Positions 9,666 through 18,854 of a stretch of 64,000 bases of DNA are shown here, in pieces. The stretch comes from a virus, in the IMG/VR virus record IMGVR_UViG_3300047510_001668, positions 1 through 64,000 of that record. One strand, written 5' to 3'. Position 1 is the first letter of the stretch, and each line of letters begins with the position of its first letter. Under the pieces are notes generated by a model that had not been told where the DNA came from, did not search any database, and saw only the letters and a list, made by a program, of their open reading frames with translations. The position numbers were made by a program, and so were the translations under genes.

Positions 9666-10383
9666 AGGGCATCCTCAACTTATTTTCGGTATTACATGCA
9701 TCACACATTACCACAATATCAAAATCAACATCTGGAGATACTCGCTTCATTTCTTGACGAAGTGCTCGAATATCACGAATAATCATTGAATCAACGAAAT
9801 CTCGAACAAACTTTCTATCACGATTTCCGTTAACTGAAGTGACGGTATACTTTAACCTGGTTGATGCATCTGGTTCTATTGAATTGTTAAACTTCTTTAA
9901 TGCATCAACTTCAGCCTTAATTGCTTTTTCATCCCCACGGGTCAATAACTTATAAGTAATAACAATTCCAGTTGGTAAGGTTAATTCACGTTCACCGTTG
10001 ACCCACCCTTCACTTTCTGGAAGCTGCATTGGGAGTTCGGCTAAATTAATCGTGTGTTCAAATACGTGTTGACACGAATTACACGTAATTTTAACTGGGT
10101 ATTCCTTTCCATATGCGAGAATGCGTGATGCAACCATCACTGCATTCAAATCACCCAATAACATATCATCTGGCTTAACTCCTTTAGTTACAACCAAACT
10201 ATCCATCAATTTGTCCAACACCGTTCCCTTTTGAATCAAATTCGTTGACGTAAGGATATCTTCTTCCTTTGCCGTCATATACTTGATGTCCACTTGACCG
10301 CTTCGTAATGGGCTTTGGTCTGGATATAGCAGCCCCTTACTTGGGAGGTCAATTGTTTCTGTTGGGAATCCATAATCTGACAT
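9628..10383 (-). CDS. Tail/baseplate assembly chaperone (T4 gp26-like)
   Basis: FPTETIDLPSKGLLYP...VDIKYMTAKEEDIL...CNSC...CDAC...PFGANFFWP; SD GGAG; upstream of the tape measure gene. Confidence 0.7.
   Translation of the reverse strand: MSDYGFPTETIDLPSKGLLYPDQSPLRSGQVDIKYMTAKEEDILTSTNLIQKGTVLDKLMDSLVVTKGVKPDDMLLGDLNAVMVASRILAYGKEYPVKITCNSCQHVFEHTINLAELPMQLPESEGWVNGERELTLPTGIVITYKLLTRGDEKAIKAEVDALKKFNNSIEPDASTRLKYTVTSVNGNRDRKFVRDFVDSMIIRDIRALRQEMKRVSPDVDFDIVVMCDACNTENKLRMPFGANFFWPDLGA
9648..9654 (-). promoter_or_regulatory. Candidate ribosomal slippery site (U7) joining the chaperone ORFs
   Basis: Minus strand AAC TTT TTT TGG; the downstream ORF frame ACT TTT TTT GGC is +1 (or -2). Confidence 0.55.
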
Positions 10384-10417
10384 AATAACTCCTTAAACTA
10401 TTTGGTTTTACCACCTA

Positions 10418-10425
10418 TATAAATA
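10418..10425 (-). promoter_or_regulatory. Left-type putative late promoter motif (TATTTATA on the coding strand)
   Basis: 35 nt upstream of the chaperone/tape-measure operon start; same motif recurs at 14650 and 20960. Confidence 0.5.
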
Positions 10426-10428
10426 TCC

Positions 10429-12315
10429 TTACTCCACGTTTTTAGTAGAAATATCCTGCTTATAAACCTGGTTTATTTTACTCACAAATTCCTTAAAATA
10501 AGACTTTGACCGCTCAGGGGTGACCAACGCCCCATCCACCACCAAATCTGCGACTTGTTGTTTCTCTTTCAGGATATCTCGCATATATTCGTCAATGGTA
10601 TCGGCACATAACATATAATACACCTGCACCTGTCCTTTTTGACCAATACGGTGGGTTCTGTCCTCTGCTTGTTCGTGATTCGCGGGTACCCAGTCACAGT
10701 TGAGAAAAACAACGGTATCTATTTGATGTTGGAGTCCGTCAATACCCATACCTGCTGCCATCAAACTGAATAATCCAACTTTTGCCTCACCCTTGGTCAG
10801 TCGGTCAATAGATACTTGTCGTTCTTTACTATTCATCTCCCCCGTCAACATTGCTGCTTTGTCTCCGTATTGTTCAGCCAAGAACTTCAATGGGGCAAGG
10901 TAATTACTGAAAATAAGGATAGGTTTGTCATTATCTAAGAATTCATCCACCATTTCGACCAGCCGTGGAATTTTCTTTTCAATCAAGAAGTTTTGAAGTT
11001 TTGGCATGTGACCTATCGTTGGCTTTTCCACCTTCCAACGACCAAAAACTTCCCGCAGTAGTTCCTTATATTGTTTCTGTTCGTCTTTGGTCAGTTCCAC
11101 ATACAAGTCATTCCGTTGTTTTGCTGGAAGTTCCGTAAGAATCTGTTCCTTCTTTCGACGAATGACCAAATCCTTCGTGCGGTCATGCAAGTCTTGAAGG
11201 TTACGAGGTGCTTCTCCTTTCCATCCACCGTAGCGTTGGGTGAAATGGAAGAAATTATTGAAACGCTCTTTGTCAAGGAAGTTCAACAAAGCAAACGCTT
11301 CGATTGGACGAGACATCACGGGAGTACCAGTAAGAAATAGGCAGTACTTCGTTTTTATGCCTGGATATTTGCGTCGTTCTTTATACGAACCCAAAATACT
11401 TTTTGCTCGTATAGTTTGTCTGTTTTTTAGATAGGTTGCTTCGTCACATACCAATAAGTCAAATTCTTGCTTCCGTAAGTCATTGACGACCTTACCGACC
11501 GCATCATAATGGACAATATGGAACTGGTTAGAGAGCTTTCCATCATAACTCTTACTATCCCAAATGGTAGCATCTTTGCCAGTGAACTTTTTAATTTCAC
11601 GTTTCCAGTTGACCACAACCGATAAAGGACAGACGATAATGGTTTTGAGTTTCTTGTGTTGGGCAAATCCAATAGCTTGTGCAGTCTTACCCAACCCAGG
11701 CGCATCGGCAATCAAACACCGACCATCTGCTCGTTCGACGAACTTGACACCGACTTTCTGATATGGGTAGAGTTGGAGTTGCATCCCCTTAATATCAAAT
11801 TCTACATCTTCTTTGACTCGAATCTCATCCAAATCTTCACGGCGGTCTTTGAGTTTCTCCAATAATGTCAATACTTTTTCGTCACACTTGATATTCGTTG
11901 GACCAAATACATTGAATGCTTTGGGAAGATGTACCGCAGGAAACTCCCACCACTTTTCTTCTCCGTTCCACTTCCGACCATCAACCTCATACTTAAACTT
12001 TGCCATCAAGTTGGGGTTGTATGGCATAACAACTACCGCAGTTTTACTATCCTTTAAATGAATAGTAACTGTGGTATCTGTAGATGTTTGTGGTGTATTG
12101 GTGACAGTCGGATTATTGGTTCTCGCTATTTTTAAATGCGAGATATCTTCCCCACGGAGCGTCAATATCGCTGCTTCTTTCCAGACTTCGGGAATCCCGA
12201 CTGTCTGCGTCATCCAAGTTAGGTATGACTGATTGTTATAGTATACGTGAGCTAGTGAGTGTCCTCTGAACTTCCCGAATGTCAGTATTGCGTTATTCGC
12301 TGACTGATGGAGCAT
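10429..12315 (-). CDS. SNF2-family helicase, SMARCAL1/HARP-like
   Basis: Walker A region LIADAPGLGKT, Walker B CDEATYLKN, LTGTP, QAEDRTHRIGQ. N-terminal LTFGKFRG module and a HARP-like VVMPYNPNL...GRKWNGEEKWWEFP segment. Confidence 0.9.
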   Translation of the reverse strand: MLHQSANNAILTFGKFRGHSLAHVYYNNQSYLTWMTQTVGIPEVWKEAAILTLRGEDISHLKIARTNNPTVTNTPQTSTDTTVTIHLKDSKTAVVVMPYNPNLMAKFKYEVDGRKWNGEEKWWEFPAVHLPKAFNVFGPTNIKCDEKVLTLLEKLKDRREDLDEIRVKEDVEFDIKGMQLQLYPYQKVGVKFVERADGRCLIADAPGLGKTAQAIGFAQHKKLKTIIVCPLSVVVNWKREIKKFTGKDATIWDSKSYDGKLSNQFHIVHYDAVGKVVNDLRKQEFDLLVCDEATYLKNRQTIRAKSILGSYKERRKYPGIKTKYCLFLTGTPVMSRPIEAFALLNFLDKERFNNFFHFTQRYGGWKGEAPRNLQDLHDRTKDLVIRRKKEQILTELPAKQRNDLYVELTKDEQKQYKELLREVFGRWKVEKPTIGHMPKLQNFLIEKKIPRLVEMVDEFLDNDKPILIFSNYLAPLKFLAEQYGDKAAMLTGEMNSKERQVSIDRLTKGEAKVGLFSLMAAGMGIDGLQHQIDTVVFLNCDWVPANHEQAEDRTHRIGQKGQVQVYYMLCADTIDEYMRDILKEKQQVADLVVDGALVTPERSKSYFKEFVSKINQVYKQDISTKNVE

Positions 12316-12517
12316 CGGTATTTTCTAGTTTAATGTATGTGAATGTTTCAATATCAAGTCTCCACCCATCTTTTGGGTCGAGTCCCATCATTCTCATCAT
12401 TTCTTCATTGGCGACTACTACTTTTGAAGTCAACTCATTACGATAATTTTCTAACAATTGATTATTACTTTCAATTAAATGGCGTAATGCCAAAGGTACT
12501 GGAACCGTTGTTGTCAT
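12293..12517 (-). CDS. Small hypothetical protein
   Basis: 74-aa ORF overlapping the helicase start; SD-like GGCAGG upstream. Confidence 0.65.
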   Translation of the reverse strand: MTTTVPVPLALRHLIESNNQLLENYRNELTSKVVVANEEMMRMMGLDPKDGWRLDIETFTYIKLENTDAPSVSE

Positions 12518-12542
12518 AATACCTGCCTATAGTGTTTAGTTA

Positions 12543-12571
12543 AATTTAAAATACTGTTTAATAAATGTCAA
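12543..12571 (-). promoter_or_regulatory. Possible sigma70-type promoter for the 74-aa ORF and helicase
   Basis: TTGACA (12571-12566), 17-nt spacer, TAAATT (12548-12543). Confidence 0.45.
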
Positions 12572-12573
12572 GG

Positions 12574-13023
12574 TTATGGAATAGTTGGTAGTGTATATCC
12601 CGGCGATGTTGGTAAATAGTCTGGGCAAATTATAGTTGATTGTATATATCCTGCCGTTTCAATACATACAATACTAAATTGGGAACCAGAAGCTCTATTC
12701 GGATTTACAAACAAGGATAACGAAGTAATCAATCCAGGACATTCTTTTGTACCAGGCGGACACGATGTAACATCTGTGCCCAATGGACCGAGTGGACCAG
12801 TCGGACCTGTACTGCCCGGTGCTGCGGTTTCTGTACATGCTGCTTCCAAGACATTAGCACCAGCTGTTCCAGCTGGTGGAGTATTTGTTGTTGATGTAGC
12901 AAATGATGCGGTTGGTACGAATACAGAATTTAAAATAAAACCCGCGGTGGTTGCAGAAAATGATTGGCTGATACTAAATACTGATATTGCTTCAGCATTA
13001 CCAAACGGAAAAAAATATGACAT
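12574..13023 (-). CDS. Small fibre/decoration protein with short collagen stretch and Cys-rich C-terminus
   Basis: Start moved to MSYFFPFG (ATG 13023, TAATG overlap). [13 protein letters not shown] stretch; several Cys. Confidence 0.65.
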   Translation of the reverse strand: MSYFFPFGNAEAISVFSISQSFSATTAGFILNSVFVPTASFATSTTNTPPAGTAGANVLEAACTETAAPGSTGPTGPLGPLGTDVTSCPPGTKECPGLITSLSLFVNPNRASGSQFSIVCIETAGYIQSTIICPDYLPTSPGYTLPTIP

Positions 13024-13550
13024 TATATAAAGCTCCCACAAGTGCCCGAGGTGGTGATTACTCCAGAACCATCCGTTGAAAACACCGAATTACTAGCTAC
13101 ATCGAACTTATTAGACAAACTTGATGCTAATGTAGAACATGCCGAATCATAATATAATACCACACCATTTGATATGGTAGAGGAGTTTGCATAGAAAGTT
13201 TGTAATAAACCGAAATCACAAGTATATTGCATACCATTAAAAGTAGCATCTCCAATTTCATTAATTGTATGACATATAGAATTTGCTCCTGTACTCCAAC
13301 CTGCTGCTAGTAAGTAAGCATGCTTACCACTAAACCCTCTAGGTCCAGATGGTCCTTGTGGACCAGTTACGCCAGTTTTTGTAAAGTTAGATCCTGGTGC
13401 ACCGGCAGATCCTGAAATATTTAATGCTAGTCCAGCAAGGTTCGTTGCTGTTGCTGCTGAATTACTTACAAACGAAGCGCTGATTGCTAAACTAGCACTT
13501 GTCGCCAATCCTACGATTGTTGGGGGTACTCTATGAGGAAAAAAGTCCAT
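13023..13550 (-). CDS. Small fibre/decoration protein with short collagen stretch and Cys-containing tip domain
   Basis: MDFFPH start; GVTGPQGPSGPRG; C-terminal TFYANSSTISNGVVLYYDSAC...FSTDGSGVITTSGTC. Confidence 0.65.
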   Translation of the reverse strand: MDFFPHRVPPTIVGLATSASLAISASFVSNSAATATNLAGLALNISGSAGAPGSNFTKTGVTGPQGPSGPRGFSGKHAYLLAAGWSTGANSICHTINEIGDATFNGMQYTCDFGLLQTFYANSSTISNGVVLYYDSACSTLASSLSNKFDVASNSVFSTDGSGVITTSGTCGSFI

Positions 13551-13564
13551 GATAGTATCCTAGA

Positions 13565-13816
13565 TTATGGATATGGAAGTGCGTTTGAAACAGTGCCGTT
13601 GAATCCACTTGGACCAGTAGACCCACTTGGACCAGTTGCTCCCTTTACATAAATACATTGACCAGATGGACCATCAATTCCAGGTACACCATTTGTTGCT
13701 ACAGACGCAGTAAACACTCTAGTTGCAGCACTAGCAGTTAATGCATATGTTGCTAGTGATGCAGTAAGAGCTAAACTAATGTCTACAGATCCTGACCCAA
13801 AAGGATAAAATCTCAT
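13565..13816 (-). CDS. Small fibre/decoration protein with short collagen stretch
   Basis: MRFYPFGSGS start; GVPGIDGPSG and GATGPSGSTGPSG. Confidence 0.65.
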   Translation of the reverse strand: MRFYPFGSGSVDISLALTASLATYALTASAATRVFTASVATNGVPGIDGPSGQCIYVKGATGPSGSTGPSGFNGTVSNALPYP

Positions 13817-13817
13817 A

Positions 13818-14624
13818 TTATTCTTCTGTTGAGTAAATGTATAGTGATGCGGTAACGTCCGATGTACCTACTGACCGATTTTCTAATTGGTAACCAATAA
13901 TTCCAGTTCCGATAGTATATTCGTTATCTGACCACGTATATGCTTCTAATGTTGGTACAAACTTATATGAGAAACTTGCACTATCAAACATAAAGTCTGC
14001 AATCAACTTAGAGTTGCCTACCGATGCCGTACCGAATGAACGAGTTTGTTCCGCTACAGGCACGTTATTTAGTGTGGTTGAATATAATCGTAATCTAGAC
14101 TCAGAAGTGGCACTACCACTTAATAAGAAGAAACTTTTCTTGGTTGTTATACTACCAGACACTCCATATCCTGTTGTTGGTATTGATGAACCAGAAATTT
14201 TAAGTATACTTCTATCGGTTAAACTATCACCGATATTTCCAAGACTGTATGCCTCGAAACTAACAATTGTATTTCCTAAAGACGAACTAGCGTGATACCA
14301 AGTATCTCCATTACCAAATGTATTACCGATAACAGGCGGGTCTAAATTTAATGTACTACCACTATCTAGTACCGCATCTAAAATCAATCCAACATTTTGA
14401 TTTAAAGTAAATGTAGTTGGACTTCTACTTGCATCAAGATTCACACTGGCACTATCAGAATACAACCTCAAACGTGTAGCTTTATTTGAGGTTACATTCA
14501 ATAGAATATACGACCCCCCGGGCGTTTGTACAGACCCACTAAGTGTGTTTGTAGCAAACGTTGGGAGGATTACTGTTTTACGAGAAAATATAGTACCTGC
14601 TGCGATTTGTTCTACTAAACCCAT
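13818..14624 (-). CDS. Virion structural protein with two internal homologous halves
   Basis: SYILLNVTSNKATRLRLYS...SRSP...GLILDAVL and SFFLLSGSATSESRLRLYS...TRSF...KLIADFMF. Confidence 0.6.
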   Translation of the reverse strand: MGLVEQIAAGTIFSRKTVILPTFATNTLSGSVQTPGGSYILLNVTSNKATRLRLYSDSASVNLDASRSPTTFTLNQNVGLILDAVLDSGSTLNLDPPVIGNTFGNGDTWYHASSSLGNTIVSFEAYSLGNIGDSLTDRSILKISGSSIPTTGYGVSGSITTKKSFFLLSGSATSESRLRLYSTTLNNVPVAEQTRSFGTASVGNSKLIADFMFDSASFSYKFVPTLEAYTWSDNEYTIGTGIIGYQLENRSVGTSDVTASLYIYSTEE

Positions 14625-14649
14625 GTATTTCTCTTATAAAAGGTACTAG

Positions 14650-14657
14650 TATAAATA
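14650..14657 (-). promoter_or_regulatory. Left-type putative late promoter motif (TATTTATA on the coding strand)
   Basis: 26 nt upstream of ATG 14624. Confidence 0.5.
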
Positions 14658-14684
14658 TCTAATTTGCCCAATAATAGACAAATT

Positions 14685-15269
14685 TTACCGATAATGTTCA
14701 CCGCCAAGCCATAATACGAACGAACGACGAGTTCCCTTAGTAACTGCGGTTACTCTATGCATCATATATGATGGGAAAATAACCACATTTCCACGGCCCC
14801 GTGGTGCTTTAATTGGACCATCTCCACCCTGCCAGATTTCTAAATCACCATCATCATATTCGTCTGTTGCTGATAATTGGACGGTAATAGATACTTTACG
14901 GAGTGATAACATACCAGGTCCGATGTCTTGATGCCATCCATAATGACCACCAGCAGAAGCATGGTATTCAGTATATTGGATTGCTTCTGGGGCTGTATGT
15001 AGGTCGAAGTTCCATAGTACGTCATTAGCTTCGATTGCCATATTCATCATCTTTTCGTATAACCAATCCCACTTTTCTGTTTGTGGAACCCACTTAATGG
15101 ATGAGGAACGCATTTGCTTATTACCACCAACGGTTGTAGCTTCTTGGAAAGAAATTTCACCAACTTCACGATAAATCTTGTCCAGCTCTTGGTCAGAAAA
15201 CCCCTTATCAAACCAATAATAGTTCTGTGCGTCTACATGCTTCTTTGGAAAAATTAAACTGTGTTGCAT
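14685..15269 (-). CDS. 2OG-Fe(II) oxygenase, prolyl-hydroxylase/PKHD-like
   Basis: WHQD (HxD), RKVSITVQLS, YDDGDLE, IFPSYMMHRVTAVTKGTRRSFVLW. Confidence 0.9.
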   Translation of the reverse strand: MQHSLIFPKKHVDAQNYYWFDKGFSDQELDKIYREVGEISFQEATTVGGNKQMRSSSIKWVPQTEKWDWLYEKMMNMAIEANDVLWNFDLHTAPEAIQYTEYHASAGGHYGWHQDIGPGMLSLRKVSITVQLSATDEYDDGDLEIWQGGDGPIKAPRGRGNVVIFPSYMMHRVTAVTKGTRRSFVLWLGGEHYR

Positions 15270-15279
15270 ACATCACTCC

Positions 15280-15936
15280 TTAATTAGAATATTTAGAGAA
15301 ATAAATTTGTCTATCGTTTTCAGTAACAGGTGAAAACATCGGCAATCGTGATGTGATTGACCATTCTGTTACACAGACGTTTTTGATGGAATATATTATA
15401 TTTCCTGCTTTTGTAAAACATGTCGTTATAAAATCATCTCCGAACCAAACTTTTAATTCATGCGGGATAGGTGTCCAATTTGTTCTCTTTAGTAAAAATA
15501 AACATCCCCATCCAGTCCCGCGGCCTTCTGTATTTACAAATTCAACATTTTTGTATTGGGCTTCTGTTATATCCTCACATAAAAAACAACTAGTGGACAA
15601 CCCATAAATCCCATTATCTTTATCGAAATGTGCTTGATGTTCCGTGAATATCCGCCTAATAGATGGTGTACACCACACATCGTCGTTTAATATCATTACG
15701 TATTCACTTGTGGCCAGTTGTACACCCAAGTTCCATGCAGGATTAACATAAATGTTTTCTGTTTGTGGTATATATCGTAATTTATCTGATATTATTTCCG
15801 TATGATGGGTGGTTGTTACATCATTGTCTATCAATATAATTTCGCTGACCAATGGTTCTGATTCCAGTTCAGCCAACGTTTGTTTGAATAACGTGATGTT
15901 TTGTTTCCACATTGTTGGAATAATAACTGAATACAT
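15280..15936 (-). CDS. GT-A fold (GT2-like) glycosyltransferase
   Basis: YSVIIPT, EIILIDND, NIYVNPAWNLGV, ILNDD, WFGDD. Confidence 0.85.
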   Translation of the reverse strand: MYSVIIPTMWKQNITLFKQTLAELESEPLVSEIILIDNDVTTTHHTEIISDKLRYIPQTENIYVNPAWNLGVQLATSEYVMILNDDVWCTPSIRRIFTEHQAHFDKDNGIYGLSTSCFLCEDITEAQYKNVEFVNTEGRGTGWGCLFLLKRTNWTPIPHELKVWFGDDFITTCFTKAGNIIYSIKNVCVTEWSITSRLPMFSPVTENDRQIYFSKYSN

Positions 15937-15937
15937 A

Positions 15938-17755
15938 TTACCCTTCGTAGATATAATTTACATAATTTTCATCCGCACCAAACCGACTTGGCACACTAAG
16001 CGGGTCATTTTTATTAATCTGATATGGATAATCTTGTACGCCTAGTTCTTCAAATCGTTTACTAATACGTTCATTATAATGATGCATAATAGTTCTGACT
16101 CGACGTTGAATGTCTGCCCGAGACAAATCGTGCGTATTTTGTCCAGTATGATTATTATAAATAAACTGAATGTATCCCAATTTTGGTATCTTGACAAACT
16201 TAGTGTGTAAGAAGGTACGAACAATCAATTCATAATCATCTGCAATTGCTAAGTCTCTATTGTGACCACCTACTGCGAAATATACATCCCTTCTCCACAC
16301 TCGCACGTGATTTGGAACACCCACAATATGGCGAATGGTTTTTGGATTGATATTCGAGGTCACTGCTACATCCCATATAAGTCCTTTGTAGTTAACCTTT
16401 CTATATTTTCCATAACCTAAAGAAAACCCTTCACCATACGTTAACGAAGTCCAATCTTCTCGCACTTCTACACTATCATTATAAATGAATCCAGCATCTG
16501 GATATTTGTTAGCCGCTGCCATTACATCTGCTGAACAGTTTTCTGTGAGTAGGTCGTCGTGGTCTAATTCAGCTAACCATTGTCCTCTGGTTAAGCATGC
16601 TGCACGATATTTTGATTCACCGATAATACCTTTTGTTTTTTCTCTAAAGTCATACACTCTAACTCTGTTATCCATCGCTGCAATCTTCTCTGCGATTTTT
16701 AGAGTTTTACCTCCATCCGATGAATCATTGACCATTACCCATTCCCAATTTGGATAGGATTGTGCTTTCAACGATTCATATGTACGAAGTAATTTATTAC
16801 CCGTATTATATATCGGAGTGAAATATGAGATTAGTGTGTCCGTATTCTGTTCTAATATTTGGTTCATCGCACAATTATATGCGATTTCACCCACATACTC
16901 TTGTGTTGGTGGAAGTGTCATCCACCGCTTACGAACTTCCAAATTTGAATGGCATAAATTAGGGAAGTTGTTATAATCGTCGGATATTGTAATAATAGAA
17001 TCTGGTTTAAAATTAACCAGATATGATGTCAGATTCTCATCTGTTTTTGCATATTGTATGTCCAAACTAGTATCTTCGTATCCAAGATATTTTACACTTT
17101 CTAGCGTAGGTTCGTCTGGACCGATATATAATACCTTAGGTACTCGTGCTTTTTTTGCTGGTGTTAAGTAGTTGTAGAAACACAATACCTTGTGAATGAA
17201 ATGAAATTGGTCTGCGGATTGATTATATAACGGTTCAATAAACCGACCATCAGCATCATATCCGCCCTCATAGGTATGTAACTTGTATAATGATGTATGT
17301 AGAACATATTGAGCAGAATCGATATGACGTAACTTCATATGTTCTGGCCCAACTTTTCTAATTTCTAATCCAGTAAAATCGTTTCCACCTACATATTGTT
17401 CAAATACAAATCCTAATTTTATTGGATTTGATTGAATCGCAGTATATAGTTCGTTATAAAAGTCAGGATGCATAATGTTATCATCGTCCAATATGCACAC
17501 GAACCCATCATCAAATGTACTGATAATTTGACTTAATTGTGGGTATAAATAATCTGTGCCGTTACCTTTTACAAAATGTAACTTGGTACTGTCGTTCTGT
17601 AACTCATGTAATAGTTCTGCATCTATATCTTTAAGCGTAGTGGTATCAAAGATAAGATGCCATACTACATTAAACGGTGACGGAAAGACAGTCTGTTTAA
17701 TACGAAGTAAATTATGTAACCGAGTACAGCGAGTTAAAACATTTAGTGTTACCAT
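15938..17755 (-). CDS. Tandem two-domain GT-A (GT2-like) glycosyltransferase
   Basis: Domain 1 VLTRCTR...ILDDDNIMHPDF; domain 2 ISYFTPIYN...QSYPNWEWVMVNDSSD...LAELDHDDLL...DDYELIVR. Confidence 0.85.
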   Translation of the reverse strand: MVTLNVLTRCTRLHNLLRIKQTVFPSPFNVVWHLIFDTTTLKDIDAELLHELQNDSTKLHFVKGNGTDYLYPQLSQIISTFDDGFVCILDDDNIMHPDFYNELYTAIQSNPIKLGFVFEQYVGGNDFTGLEIRKVGPEHMKLRHIDSAQYVLHTSLYKLHTYEGGYDADGRFIEPLYNQSADQFHFIHKVLCFYNYLTPAKKARVPKVLYIGPDEPTLESVKYLGYEDTSLDIQYAKTDENLTSYLVNFKPDSIITISDDYNNFPNLCHSNLEVRKRWMTLPPTQEYVGEIAYNCAMNQILEQNTDTLISYFTPIYNTGNKLLRTYESLKAQSYPNWEWVMVNDSSDGGKTLKIAEKIAAMDNRVRVYDFREKTKGIIGESKYRAACLTRGQWLAELDHDDLLTENCSADVMAAANKYPDAGFIYNDSVEVREDWTSLTYGEGFSLGYGKYRKVNYKGLIWDVAVTSNINPKTIRHIVGVPNHVRVWRRDVYFAVGGHNRDLAIADDYELIVRTFLHTKFVKIPKLGYIQFIYNNHTGQNTHDLSRADIQRRVRTIMHHYNERISKRFEELGVQDYPYQINKNDPLSVPSRFGADENYVNYIYEG

Positions 17756-18693
17756 GCGACATCAAAGAAAAATAGTTGAAAGAAACGAGCGTTGTTGATT
17801 GCATCACCGAAATATCCAGTTGCAGCGTGAATAGCCTTAGCATCGAACATCACCAGTCTATTATATACATTTGCCATACTATCAACTAATTCATAGGTGG
17901 TGTTATCGTAGAAATTCATTTGGTTACTGACACCCTTGAATGTTTTAGTATATATTTCTTCATTCCCTTCATATGAATCAAATCGGGTAGCTCCGGTAAT
18001 CTTACTTCTGTAGGTAGCTGTACCAGTATTCAATGGAGCATCTGGGGTGAGGTATACCATTGCCGCATAAGTTTGCGTATCCACGTGATATACGATTGGG
18101 TCCATCGCTGTACAATACTGGAACTTACCATTTGCATACGATGGGTCATTCCAATTGATAATTTCTCTACCCAAAATTGATTCTAACTTTTCCTTAGTTC
18201 CATTTAAAATAAATCGTTCTTCACTGCGCTTTCCACGATGATAGTCAGACCCACTAAACGTCAAGTTTCTCATTGCGAAATCACGAACAAAATCTGGATC
18301 GGCGTAGAAATTATCTACTACGACAACTCCTTTCTTTTCCGTACGGAATCCAGAATAAAATGCTGCCCAACGTTCAAATGTACCAACATTGTGTACCATT
18401 TCACCATTCTTTAAAATCAATCCGATTTGACTTTGCAAATGTGTTTTGTGTAACCGAATAGTGACCCCTAAATTATCAGATTGTAAGTGTGAGTAAACTT
18501 TACGGACATCTGGTCGTGCATTAATTCCCATTGCTGGAAGGAGTTGGCCCCCTATCGTTAATCCTACTACTTCTTGTGTGGAATGTGCAATCCATCCATT
18601 AAAGGTATATGTATCGTCATTATGTACTTCCATTTTGTCCATATACCACAATACATTTTCTATACTTGTAGTGTGATTAATAAAATCTAGCAT
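17749..18693 (-). CDS. DUF6445-like 2OG-Fe(II) oxygenase with an extra N-terminal domain
   Basis: VVVVDNFYADPDFVR, YHVD (HxD), AAMVYLTPD, YNRLVMFDAKAIHAATGYFG...ARFFQLFFF. Confidence 0.7.
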   Translation of the reverse strand: MLDFINHTTSIENVLWYMDKMEVHNDDTYTFNGWIAHSTQEVVGLTIGGQLLPAMGINARPDVRKVYSHLQSDNLGVTIRLHKTHLQSQIGLILKNGEMVHNVGTFERWAAFYSGFRTEKKGVVVVDNFYADPDFVRDFAMRNLTFSGSDYHRGKRSEERFILNGTKEKLESILGREIINWNDPSYANGKFQYCTAMDPIVYHVDTQTYAAMVYLTPDAPLNTGTATYRSKITGATRFDSYEGNEEIYTKTFKGVSNQMNFYDNTTYELVDSMANVYNRLVMFDAKAIHAATGYFGDAINNARFFQLFFFDVAW

Positions 18694-18730
18694 CGTCTAA
18701 CTCCTATTATTAATAAGTTTGGTATCAAGC

Positions 18731-18769
18731 AAAAGAGAGTTGAGGGCAATTATATCTGCCCCCAACTCT
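18731..18769 (-). terminator. Rho-independent terminator after the collagen fibre gene
   Basis: Minus strand AGAGTTGGGGGCA-GATATAAT-TGCCCTCAACTCT-CTTTT: 13-bp stem with one G-U pair. Confidence 0.75.
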
Positions 18770-18854
18770 ATTATTTACATTTGAATTTGTCGTAGTGACG
18801 CAACCTTTATTCATTTAATATCCTTTATTATAAAACCTAATTTAGTATACTACA

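Noticed and set aside
14685-18693. Oxygenase plus glycosyltransferase as a DNA hypermodification (TET/JBP-type) system
   Set aside because: The oxygenases look PKHD/prolyl-hydroxylase-like and DUF6445-like rather than TET/JBP, no nucleotide kinases or hydroxymethylases are adjacent, and the neighbours are collagen fibres. Less favoured, but not excluded without nucleoside analysis.
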